Of a DNA stretch of 64,000 bases, positions 9,170-18,524 are shown piece after piece. The position numbers and the translations under genes are program-made. Positions within the stretch are counted from its first letter, which is position 1. Each line of letters begins with the position of its first letter. The notes under the pieces are model-generated. The model was not told the origin of the DNA, did not search any database, and saw nothing but the letters and a program-made list of their open reading frames with translations. The stretch comes from Planctomycetota bacterium (GTDB taxonomy: Bacteria > Planctomycetota > UBA1135 > UBA2386), in assembly GCA_965223545.1 (NCBI GenBank), contig OZ245006.1, forward strand, positions 1,184,001-1,248,000. The letters are read 5' to 3'.

Positions 9170-12100
9170 TCAGAGGTGCGCGCGCAGGTGCCGCGCCAGC
9201 ACTTCGACCTGCGGCGCCTCGAGGATTCCCAGGTGGTCGCCGGGCACGTCGTGGCAGGCGAGCTCGCCGCGCACCCAGGCGCGCCAACCACCGTCCGGCG
9301 GCACGTCGGCGCCGTAGTTCACCAGCTCGTCGGTGGCGCGAAACACCACCACGTCACCGTCGTAGGGCTGCATGTCGTAGCGCTCCCAGGCCGCGTCGTA
9401 GACCTCGGCCCGCAGCTGGCGCAGGTTCTCCATTCTGGCCCGGAGGTCGACCGCGGTGGCCGACCGGCGCCGCCAGCGCTGCGCGACCCCGTTCCAGGCC
9501 GCGCGCAGGCCGCGGAGCAACCGGCGGGCCGCCGAGCGGCGGCCGGTCTCCAGCAGCACGTCGAGAATGGCGACGATGTGCACGCGTTCGCCCCGGGCCC
9601 GCAGCTGACGCGCGACCTCGTAGGCGAGCACGCCGCCAAACGAGACGCCCACCAGCCGATACGGGCCGTTGGGCTGCTTCTGGCGCACCGCGTCGGCATA
9701 CCCGCGCGCCATCTCCACGACACTCGGCACGACCCCCGGCTGTGCCAACAACTCGGTCTCGATCGGCAACAGCACGCCGTAGACCGCGTGACGGTCGGCC
9801 AGCTCGCCGGCGAGCCCGCGGTACAGGTTGATGCCACACACGCAGAACACCGGCGCTTGTCCCTCGTCGCCGGCGAGCGGCACCACGAGGGTGCTGCCGA
9901 CGTCCTCGCCGAGGTCGATGCGGGCCGCCTGCGCCGCCAGAGTCGGCGCATCGAAGACCAACCCGAGGTCGAAGCGCGTGCCGCAGGTGTCGTTGATGCG
10001 CGCCACCAGCTCGGCGGCCAGCAGCGAATGGCCGCCCAACGCGAAGAAGTCGTCACCGCGCCGCACGCTGGCCAGGCCCAGGACCTCGCACCAGAGCTGT
10101 GCCACCATCGCCTCCACCCCGGTGTGCTGCTCGGCGTCGTTTGTTTCGGCGGTGCCGAGCTCGAGGGTCAACGCGTGGCGATCGATCTTGCCGTTGGGCA
10201 GCAGCGGCATCTCCGGCAACCAGAGCCAGTGCTGCGGCACCATGTACTCGGGCAGCCGCTCCGCCAGCTGCGCCCGCGCTCCCGCAGTGTCACCATCGCC
10301 AACCAACCAGGCGACCAAGCGACTGTCGCCGGCGCGCAACGAGCGCACGTCGACCGCGCAGACCGAGACCGCCGACAGCGCCGCCAACGCCGCCTCGATC
10401 TCGCCCAGCTCGACGCGGAAGCCACGCAGCTTGACCTGGTTGTCGACGCGGCCGTGAAACTCGAGCCCGTGCGCCGTGTGCCGTGCGAGATCGCCGGTGC
10501 GATACATCACGGCGTCACCGCCGGCGAACGGGTCGGCGACGAATCGCTCCGCCGTCAGCTCCGGGCGGTCGTGATAGCCGGGACACACGCCGGCCCCGCC
10601 GATGTAGAGCTCGCCGGCCACCCCGACCGGCACCGGCCGCCGCCGCGGATCGAGGACGTGCATCTGCAGGTTGGCGATCGGCCGGCCCAGCTGAATCGGA
10701 GCTGCGGCGTCGACGATGCGCGCGCAGGAGCACCAGACCGTGGCCTCCGTCGGCCCGTACATGTTCCACACTTCCGCGGCGCGTTCGAGCAGCGCCCGCG
10801 CGAGCTCGGCGGGCATCGCCTCGCCACCGCACAGCACGCGACAGTCGGGCGCGCGCCAATCGGCGCCGACCAACATGTGGAACGTCGCCGGCGTGGCCTG
10901 CAGCACGGTGGCGCCGACGTCGTCGATCAGCGCCGCCAGCCGCACGCCGTCGGTGGCGACCGCCCGCGGCACGACCACCAGGCGCGCGCCGGCCACCAGC
11001 GTCGCCCACAGCTCCAGCACGTGGATGTCGAAGCTCAGCGTGGTGATGCCGAGCACGGTGTCGTCGGCCGACAGCCCCGGTTCGCGCAGCATCGCCGCCA
11101 AGAAGTTGACGACGCCGCCGTGCGGCACCGTCACCCCCTTGGGCACGCCGGTCGACCCCGACGTGTAGATGACGTAGGCCAGTGCCTCGGCGCCGACGGC
11201 GGGCAACGCGCGGGCCGGCCCGGCGATCGCGGCCTCGATCGCGTCCGCCTCGGCGTCGAGCAGCAGCCGCTCGCATTGCACCCCGGCCAGGCGATCCACG
11301 ACCGCGCCCGCGGTCAGCAACAGGCCGATGCCGGCGTCCGCCGCGGTGAACTCCAGCCGCTCGCGCGGGTAGGTCGGATCCAAGGGCACGTAGGCCGCAC
11401 CCGCCGCCAACACACCGAGCACGCACACGACCGTGTCGGCGGTGCGCGGCAGACAGACGCCGACCAGCTGCCCCTCGCCGACTCCGCGCTCGATCAGGAA
11501 GCTCGCGAAGCCGCGTGCCCGGCGCGCCAGCTCGGCGTAGGTGTAGCGCTGCTCGCCACACTGCAGCGCGACCGCGTCGCCGCGCCGCTCGCAGACGTCG
11601 AGCACCCAAGCGCTGACGCTCGGCCAAGACGGGGTCGGTGCTGTGGTCGCGTTGTAGGTTGCCAGGAAGGCGCGGTCCTCCGCGGCCAACAACGGCAGCT
11701 CGGCGACCGCCTGCGAGGCGGCACCCACGCCCGCTGCCAACGCGGCGGACCAGCTCTGCAGCAGGCGGTCGGCGAAGGCCGGCGCGAACAGCTCGGCTGC
11801 GTAGACGAGCTCGGCCTCGCCACCGTCGTGCCAGCGCCGCACCCGCAGCGCGACGTCGACCGTCGCGCCGCCCGGGGGCACCGGTAGCCACCGCCCCTGC
11901 CACTCCCCGATGCGGTCGGGCGGGGCGCGATCGCTCCACTCGAAGGCGGCCTGGAACAACGGTGCGCGGCTCGCATCGCGGCCACGCGTCAACGCGGAGA
12001 CCAGCGCCTGCACCGCCACGTCCGCGTGCCGGCGGGCCGCCGCGGCGGCCGCCGCGACCGCGGCGCAGTGTTCGGCGAAGCTGGCGTCGGGATCCACGGC

Positions 12101-13006
12101 CACCCGAACCGGGAGCAGCGTGTCGTGCGCCGCGAGCGGGTCGGCACTCGGCTGCACGCGGCGGACACCGACGCCGACGACCACGTCACTCTGACTGCCG
12201 TAGCGCGCCAGCACGGCCGCGTGCGCGGCCAGGCACACGTCCTCGGCGGAACTCTCCGCGTCGCGGGCAAACGCGTCGACTGCCGCGAGCAACTCGCCGG
12301 ACAACGCCAGGCGCGCGCAGCCGCCGCGGTGGGGAAACACCGCGGGCCGCGGCCCCTCGGTGGGCAGCTGCAGTGGAACCGAACCATCCAGGGCGGCGCG
12401 GAAGTGCTCGACGGCCGCGCGCTCGTCGGCCGACTCCGGCGGCTCGCCCGCCACGGGAGCCCCGGTGCCCGCGTTCCCCGCCGCGGTCGCGAGCCACTCC
12501 CGCATGCAGAGCTCGAGCCCGGCGCGGTCGAGCACGACCTGGTGCGCCTGCAGGACCGCGATCGCGCCGCCATCGCCGGCGCGCGTCCACACCGCGGCGC
12601 GCCACGGCCAGGCGCCGTCGGGGGCCACGGGCGTCGCGACGAAGTCGGCAACCACCGCCGCGGGCTCGCCGCCGCTCGACAGGTTCGCCACCGCGAGCGG
12701 CAGGTCCTGCGCCCCGTTCTCGCCTGCGACGATGCGCCGCCAGCCATCCGGCCGGCGCAGCAATCGCGTGCGCAGTGCCTCGTGCCGGCCTGTGAGCCCC
12801 GGCAGCGCGCGGGCGAGGGCCTGCCCCGCGCCGTGGCCCTCGACTTCCACCGCCACCGCGTCCACCAGCGCTCCCGCGGTGTCGCGCAGCGTGTGCAGCA
12901 GCACCAGCCCTTCCTGCCGCGCGGTCAACGCACCGCCGTCGTCGGCAACGGTGGCGAGCGCCACCCCGCGTCCGGCGGCGGCATCGGGCTGGCGGGAGTC
13001 GGTCAT
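9170..13006 (-). CDS. Single-module non-ribosomal peptide synthetase (C-A-T-TE)
   Basis: Degenerate C domain (HQVVLDR); A domain YTSGSTGVPKG, YGPTE, YRTGD, QVKLRGFRVELGEIE, NGKIDR; PCP FFALGGHSL; TE GVSFGG ... GDHLGIL. Start probably MTDSRQ (13006). Confidence 0.93.
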   Translation of the reverse strand: MTDSRQPDAAAGRGVALATVADDGGALTARQEGLVLLHTLRDTAGALVDAVAVEVEGHGAGQALARALPGLTGRHEALRTRLLRRPDGWRRIVAGENGAQDLPLAVANLSSGGEPAAVVADFVATPVAPDGAWPWRAAVWTRAGDGGAIAVLQAHQVVLDRAGLELCMREWLATAAGNAGTGAPVAGEPPESADERAAVEHFRAALDGSVPLQLPTEGPRPAVFPHRGGCARLALSGELLAAVDAFARDAESSAEDVCLAAHAAVLARYGSQSDVVVGVGVRRVQPSADPLAAHDTLLPVRVAVDPDASFAEHCAAVAAAAAAARRHADVAVQALVSALTRGRDASRAPLFQAAFEWSDRAPPDRIGEWQGRWLPVPPGGATVDVALRVRRWHDGGEAELVYAAELFAPAFADRLLQSWSAALAAGVGAASQAVAELPLLAAEDRAFLATYNATTAPTPSWPSVSAWVLDVCERRGDAVALQCGEQRYTYAELARRARGFASFLIERGVGEGQLVGVCLPRTADTVVCVLGVLAAGAAYVPLDPTYPRERLEFTAADAGIGLLLTAGAVVDRLAGVQCERLLLDAEADAIEAAIAGPARALPAVGAEALAYVIYTSGSTGVPKGVTVPHGGVVNFLAAMLREPGLSADDTVLGITTLSFDIHVLELWATLVAGARLVVVPRAVATDGVRLAALIDDVGATVLQATPATFHMLVGADWRAPDCRVLCGGEAMPAELARALLERAAEVWNMYGPTEATVWCSCARIVDAAAPIQLGRPIANLQMHVLDPRRRPVPVGVAGELYIGGAGVCPGYHDRPELTAERFVADPFAGGDAVMYRTGDLARHTAHGLEFHGRVDNQVKLRGFRVELGEIEAALAALSAVSVCAVDVRSLRAGDSRLVAWLVGDGDTAGARAQLAERLPEYMVPQHWLWLPEMPLLPNGKIDRHALTLELGTAETNDAEQHTGVEAMVAQLWCEVLGLASVRRGDDFFALGGHSLLAAELVARINDTCGTRFDLGLVFDAPTLAAQAARIDLGEDVGSTLVVPLAGDEGQAPVFCVCGINLYRGLAGELADRHAVYGVLLPIETELLAQPGVVPSVVEMARGYADAVRQKQPNGPYRLVGVSFGGVLAYEVARQLRARGERVHIVAILDVLLETGRRSAARRLLRGLRAAWNGVAQRWRRRSATAVDLRARMENLRQLRAEVYDAAWERYDMQPYDGDVVVFRATDELVNYGADVPPDGGWRAWVRGELACHDVPGDHLGILEAPQVEVLARHLRAHL

Positions 13007-13241
13007 GAAGCGGAGCTGGGCACGGACACGGGATGAGCGCGCCGGGCGCACGGGCGAATCGACGATGCCAGCGGCAGGGTGGTCCGGGCTCCCTCGGCCG
13101 CAGGCCGTCGCTTTCTACTTCGACGCCCACCCCCGCATCAACTGGAGTCCAAAGCCGCGGGGGGTTCTCGAAAGTGATTCGCCCGCGTAACAACTAGGGC
13201 GGACGGGCGGCACGGCCGCTGCCATGGCGGCCGCGGCACGC

Positions 13242-13271
13242 TTGGTGCACCGCGCCGGGGTGGCTTAGAAT
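13242..13271 (+). promoter_or_regulatory. Candidate sigma70-type promoter for the TPR gene pair
   Basis: TTGGTG-N18-TAGAAT about 70 nt upstream of ATG 13344; motif match only. Confidence 0.3.
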
Positions 13272-13343
13272 CCCCGCGCCGAACCCCTCTCGGCGGCCAA
13301 GAGGCGCGGCGTGTCGAGCACGCCCGCGAGTCACAGCGACATC

Positions 13344-16300
13344 ATGCAGTATCACTCCGTCTTCGTCGTCTTCCTCGCACTGGCGTCGTGTGGCGCGCCC
13401 CCCGTCGCCGATGCGCCGACCGACCGTGGCGCGCGCCTCGCCCAAGCCGAAGAGCTGCTCACCGGTCAGCAGCCGCACGAGGCCCTGCGCATCACCGATG
13501 CGCTGCTCGCCGAAGACGGCGACGACCGCGCCGCGCTGCTGCTGGCGATGCGTGGCAACACCGCGTTGTTCGATGCCGGGGCCTCGGGCCAGGAGTTCTT
13601 CTTGGCGGACGCGATCTCGCTCGGCGAGCGCGCGCTGCACCTCGACAAGAACGACGGCGAGCTGTGGCTCGAGGTCGCGCGGCTCCACCTCGCGAACTCG
13701 GACTTCGACGCCGGGCGCATGGCGGCGCTGCAGGCGGCGGAGGTCTTCAAGGCGGACCGACGCCCGACGGACGTCGCCCGCGCGGTGCTGGCGGCGGCGG
13801 ACAACGAGATGCAGGTGTTCGTCGACGCCCGCCGCGCGGAGAACGGCGCCGCGCCGGACAGCTCGACGGTCGCGCTGGGGAACGCGGTGCTGCAGCGCGT
13901 CGAGTTCGCCAAGGCGCACGCCCCGGCCGAAGCGCACGCCAAGGCCTCGATGGTCTACCAGTGGCTCGGCGAGATGCCCGCCGCGCTGCACCAGCTCGAG
14001 CTCGGCGTCGAGGCGGCGCCCGATGAGGCGCAGGCGCACGAGGCGCTGCAGAACCTCTACTTCGGCATGGGCCGACAGCTGGAGTGCGCGGCCCACTACA
14101 AGCGCATGGCGGCCGAGCGCCCCGACCACACGCTGACGTTGTGGTACCTCGGCCGCGCGCAGGTCGCGCTCGCCGACCAACACCGGCGCGACGGCGACCT
14201 CGACACCGCCAATCAGGGCTACGAACGCGCCGCCAACACGTACGGACGCTACCGCGCGATGATGCCGCAGCACGCCGAGGTCGCCGATTGGTGGATCGCT
14301 GCGTGCAAGCTGGCCCGCGGCCGCGTCGCCATCGACCTCGGCGATCTCGACACCGCCCAGCAGGAGTTCGCGGCGGCCTACGAGGCCAACCCCAAGGTCG
14401 CCGACTACGACGACAACGGCATGCCCGCGATCTACGACAGCTTTGGCGGCAACTACGTCGGCGGGCTGTTCATGGTCGGCCAGACGATGGCCCAGGCGAG
14501 CACGACCGAATCGCTGGAGCGCACCCTGGCGTTCTACGACGCGCTCAACGCAAAGCACGAGGGTCGCTTCGGCACGTTCTACAACAACGCCGCCCTGGCG
14601 GCCCGCGACCTCGGCGTCGCCGTCGCGCGCAGCGCGAATGCCGACGGTGTCTCCCCATCGGAACGCGAGGCACTGCAGAACCGCGCCATGGAGCTGTGGG
14701 AGCGCAGCTACCTGATGTACGAGAAGGCGGTCGAGCTCGAGCCGGACGATCCGCGCATCGTCAACGACTGCGGCTTGATGCTCATCTACCACCTGCACCG
14801 CGACTACGACCGCGCGCGTGCGCTGTTCGACCGCGCCGCGGAGATCGGCGAAGCCGAGCTGGACGCGCTGCCCGACGACGCCGACGAGCAGACCCGCCGC
14901 TTCCTCGAAGAGGCCACCGGCGACGCCTACCAGAACATCGCCGTGCTGCTGCGGCAGCAGGAGCGGCCGTTCGAGGAGTACCGCGACATGCTCGAGCGCG
15001 CGGTCGAGCTGTACCCGTACCAGATGCGCGAGGCGGCGCAGATCCTGCGCGCCGAGCGCGGCGGCGACGGCGGCCCCGGCGGCGACGGCAGCATCGTGCG
15101 ACAGGATCCCGCCCCGGGCCCCGGCCAGGACCCGGTCGATCCACGCGCCGCGGAGCTGGCACCGGTCGAGCGCGAGGCCCGCAAGAAGGCCGACGCCGGC
15201 GACTTCGACGGCGCGCTGCTGGTGCTGGACAAGCACGCCGGCAAGTTCAAGGACTCGTGGCGCTACCACTACCTGGCCGGGCTCTGGGCCAGGAGCTACG
15301 CCCAACAGTCGGCCGCCGCCAACCGCGGCGCGGGCCTGATCGACGGCCTGTTCGCCGACGCGCAGAGCAACCTGCAGAAGGCGGTCGATCTCGACTCCGA
15401 TGCGGTGTCGGCGCGACTCGAGCTCGCCGGGGTGATGCTCGACCGCGGCGAGTTCGCCAATGCGGCCGAGGTCGCCGACCGCACGCTGAGCCACATCCGC
15501 TCCGCCGGCATCACCGACGCCGCGACGCTGACCGCGGCCCACGCGGTCGCCGCCGACGCCTCGACGCGCGTCTTCGTCGCCGCCAAGTCGGCCGGCAACG
15601 GCGACAGCGACGCCCTGCTGCGCGCGCGGGGTTCGTTCCGCGAGTTGGAACGGCAGGAGGCCCTCGACGCGCAGCAGCTCAAGACCTGGGCCAGTCTGGA
15701 GCAGTGGGCCCAGGCCGGCAGCCAGGCGGTCGCCGTCTGGGCACGGGCGCTGCAAACCGAGCCCGACTCCGACGAGCTGCTCGCCGGCCTGGTCGACACC
15801 GCCGCCAACGCCAGCGCCAACGGCGCTGCGGTCGAGGCGCTGGCCGAGCGCGACGACGCCCTCGGGCAGTGGTACCTCGGCAAGGCGCGCTTCCAGCTCG
15901 CCCGCGAGCAATGGGCGAAGAGCGAGATCGACGCGGCGGCCGAGACCTTCGACGCCGCCGTGCAGGCCTTCTCCGCCTCGAAAGAGAAGAACCCGGGCTA
16001 CGCCGCTTCGTCCGATCAGTGGATCGCCTACTGCGCCGGCACCAAGGGGCTCGCGCTGCTCGGCGCCAAGCGCTTCGAGGACGCCGAGAAGGTCCTGTTG
16101 GAGGCGGCCGCCAACGCCCCCGCGCAGGCCAACGACGACCTCGGCAACGGTGTCAGCATCAAGCAGGGACTGCAGCTGGTCGCCGACCACTACTTCCGCG
16201 ACAACGACCTCGAACGCACCGAGTCGGTGTTCCGCGCCGCCAGCGAGGCCCTGCCGCAGGACGGCGACCTGGCCAACAACCACGGCTTGATGGCGCGCGA

Positions 16301-16841
16301 CTTCGGCGTGAGCCTGGAACGCGCGGGCGAAGCCGAGCGCGCCCAAGAGATGTACGAGGCCAGCTACCGCAGCTACACGCGCGCCTCGCAGCTCGAGCCG
16401 ACCAGCGTGCGCCTGATGAACGACCGCGCACTGTTGTTGATCTACCACCTCAAGAACGACTGGCCGCTCGCCCTCGAGCTGATCGAGCGCGGCATCGAGA
16501 TGGGCGAAGAGCAGCTCGCGGCGACGGCGCCGGGGGAAGAGCGCCAACCGCTCGAAGAGGCAGTCGGCGACCTGTACCAGAACCGCGGCACCTACCTCGA
16601 GCTGCACAAGGAAGACTTCGAAGCCGCGATCGCGGAGTACGAGAAGAGCCTGACCTACTACCCGTTCGAGCGCCGTGCCGGCCGCGGCTTCGCGGCGCGG
16701 GCCAAGCGCAAGCTCGACGAACGCCGCGCGGCCGAGGCGGCCGAGGGGGGTGACGCTGGCAGTGGAGGTGACGCGGGCGGCGGCGGCGAAGCCGGCGGCG
16801 GGACGACCGGCGGCGGCGGCAACACCGGCGGCGAGCGGTGA
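13344..16841 (+). CDS. Large TPR-repeat lipoprotein with internal duplication
   Basis: MQYHSVFVVFLALASC lipobox; all-helical TPR-like repeats; duplicated C-terminal module; Gly-rich tail. Confidence 0.85.
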   Translation: MQYHSVFVVFLALASCGAPPVADAPTDRGARLAQAEELLTGQQPHEALRITDALLAEDGDDRAALLLAMRGNTALFDAGASGQEFFLADAISLGERALHLDKNDGELWLEVARLHLANSDFDAGRMAALQAAEVFKADRRPTDVARAVLAAADNEMQVFVDARRAENGAAPDSSTVALGNAVLQRVEFAKAHAPAEAHAKASMVYQWLGEMPAALHQLELGVEAAPDEAQAHEALQNLYFGMGRQLECAAHYKRMAAERPDHTLTLWYLGRAQVALADQHRRDGDLDTANQGYERAANTYGRYRAMMPQHAEVADWWIAACKLARGRVAIDLGDLDTAQQEFAAAYEANPKVADYDDNGMPAIYDSFGGNYVGGLFMVGQTMAQASTTESLERTLAFYDALNAKHEGRFGTFYNNAALAARDLGVAVARSANADGVSPSEREALQNRAMELWERSYLMYEKAVELEPDDPRIVNDCGLMLIYHLHRDYDRARALFDRAAEIGEAELDALPDDADEQTRRFLEEATGDAYQNIAVLLRQQERPFEEYRDMLERAVELYPYQMREAAQILRAERGGDGGPGGDGSIVRQDPAPGPGQDPVDPRAAELAPVEREARKKADAGDFDGALLVLDKHAGKFKDSWRYHYLAGLWARSYAQQSAAANRGAGLIDGLFADAQSNLQKAVDLDSDAVSARLELAGVMLDRGEFANAAEVADRTLSHIRSAGITDAATLTAAHAVAADASTRVFVAAKSAGNGDSDALLRARGSFRELERQEALDAQQLKTWASLEQWAQAGSQAVAVWARALQTEPDSDELLAGLVDTAANASANGAAVEALAERDDALGQWYLGKARFQLAREQWAKSEIDAAAETFDAAVQAFSASKEKNPGYAASSDQWIAYCAGTKGLALLGAKRFEDAEKVLLEAAANAPAQANDDLGNGVSIKQGLQLVADHYFRDNDLERTESVFRAASEALPQDGDLANNHGLMARDFGVSLERAGEAERAQEMYEASYRSYTRASQLEPTSVRLMNDRALLLIYHLKNDWPLALELIERGIEMGEEQLAATAPGEERQPLEEAVGDLYQNRGTYLELHKEDFEAAIAEYEKSLTYYPFERRAGRGFAARAKRKLDERRAAEAAEGGDAGSGGDAGGGGEAGGGTTGGGGNTGGER

Positions 16842-18409
16842 TCCGGGTCGCCGCGCTGACCGCGGTGCTGCTGGCTCCGCTCGCCGCGCAGTCCGATCCC
16901 GCCGAGGCGGCGCGGCTCTTGACGCGCGCCGAGGCCCTCGAGGCGCAGGGCGCCACCGAGGACGCGTGCGCCGTCTACGCCTCGCTGGCCGAGCAACAGC
17001 CGGACGAGGTCCGCTGGGTGCTGGCGCAGGCGCGGCTGCACCGCGCTGCCGGCCGCCTGGGCCGCGCCATCCACTGTCTGCAGAGCGCGACGGCGCGCTT
17101 TGCCGAGGACGCCGAGCTCAACGCCCAGCTGGCGACCACGCTGCACCTGCGGGCCGAGGCGATGCTGGCGACCGGCGTGCGCGACGACAACGTGCGGTTT
17201 CACTACGAGCGCGCGGCCGCGGTCGCCGAGCGCACGCTCACCGCGCATCCGGAGCGCCGCGATTTGCTCTTGCTGGTGGCGCACAGCCGCTTTCAGCTGG
17301 GCGATGTCGCGGCCGCGGGCACCGCGGCGGAGCAGGCGATCGAGCGCTTTCCCGACCACCCCGGCGGCTTCATCATCCGCGGCCAGCTGGCCCTGCACGA
17401 CTACACGACGCTGCGGGGAGAGCTCGCCGAGAGCGCCGATGGCGACCCCGGCGATCTCGAGGAGCGCGCCGCCGCGGCGCACGCGCGCGCGGTTGCCGCG
17501 TTCGCTGAGGCGGCCCGCCTCGATCCGGCGCGCGCGCTCCCGCACAGCCAGCTCGGCAACCTCGCCGCCTGGCAGCAGCAGACCGAGCGCGCGCTGCAGC
17601 ACTACCTCGACGCCCTGACGCGCGACCCCGGCGTCGCGCTCGACCACCGCTGGTTGGCGCGGACGGTGAGTGCCGCGCGGCGGCAAGAGTGGTACGCCGA
17701 GGCCGCGCGCCTCTACCGCGCACGCGACGATGCCGACCCGCGCGCCGCCGCGCACTTGGACTGGTGGCGGGGCTTGGCCGCGCTCGAAGCCGGCGAGCAC
17801 ACCGCCGCCTACGCCGCGCTGACCGGCGCCGCCGACGCCAACCCGGCACTGCAGTCGGGCCGCGCCTACGCCATGCTCGCCGCCTTCCACAACCAAGACC
17901 ACGACAGCGCCGAGCTACAAGCCGCCAGCTACGCGGCGCGCGATCCGCAGCGCTTCGCCGATCTCGTGCGCGACGACGGGCTGCACGACGACCTGTTGGC
18001 GGTGATCGAGTTCTTGGCACACCGCGCCTACCGCGACCAGCGCATCGACCGCAGCCGCGACCTCAACCACGTCGTCGCCATGGTGCGGGCGACTGCCGAG
18101 CACTGGAACAACTACGCGTTCTTGTGCCGCGAGACCGAGCGCTTCGAGGACAGCATCAACGCCTACCGCAACGCGCTCACCGTCGACCCCGACTCGCCGC
18201 AGCTGCTCAACGACGCCGGCGTCGTGCTGCACTACCACCTGCCGAACCCCGACAACCTCAAACGCGCGCGGCGCTACTACTACGAGGCGATCGAAGCCGC
18301 CGAGAAGGTCCTCGCCGACGGCACCTCCACGCCCGAGGCGATCGCGCTGGCAGAGAAGGCGATGACCGACGCCAAGCACAACCTCGCGGAGCTGGAAAAG
18401 GCGCGGTGA
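16838..18409 (+). CDS. Secreted TPR-repeat protein
   Basis: GTGA overlap with the upstream gene; signal peptide ...PLAAQ; TPR-like repeats. Confidence 0.85.
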   Translation: MIRVAALTAVLLAPLAAQSDPAEAARLLTRAEALEAQGATEDACAVYASLAEQQPDEVRWVLAQARLHRAAGRLGRAIHCLQSATARFAEDAELNAQLATTLHLRAEAMLATGVRDDNVRFHYERAAAVAERTLTAHPERRDLLLLVAHSRFQLGDVAAAGTAAEQAIERFPDHPGGFIIRGQLALHDYTTLRGELAESADGDPGDLEERAAAAHARAVAAFAEAARLDPARALPHSQLGNLAAWQQQTERALQHYLDALTRDPGVALDHRWLARTVSAARRQEWYAEAARLYRARDDADPRAAAHLDWWRGLAALEAGEHTAAYAALTGAADANPALQSGRAYAMLAAFHNQDHDSAELQAASYAARDPQRFADLVRDDGLHDDLLAVIEFLAHRAYRDQRIDRSRDLNHVVAMVRATAEHWNNYAFLCRETERFEDSINAYRNALTVDPDSPQLLNDAGVVLHYHLPNPDNLKRARRYYYEAIEAAEKVLADGTSTPEAIALAEKAMTDAKHNLAELEKAR

Positions 18410-18524
18410 CCCGCGGGGCGCGCGGGCTGGAGATCGGTTCGTCGCGCATTTGGCGCTGACGCACAGACTCGATCGCGGCTGGCCCGACCGACAGCCAGCA
18501 CCGCCCGAGCCCGCCAGGTCCCAT

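Noticed and set aside
13194..16607. 1137-aa minus-strand ORF
   Set aside because: Antisense shadow of the TPR lipoprotein; no motifs
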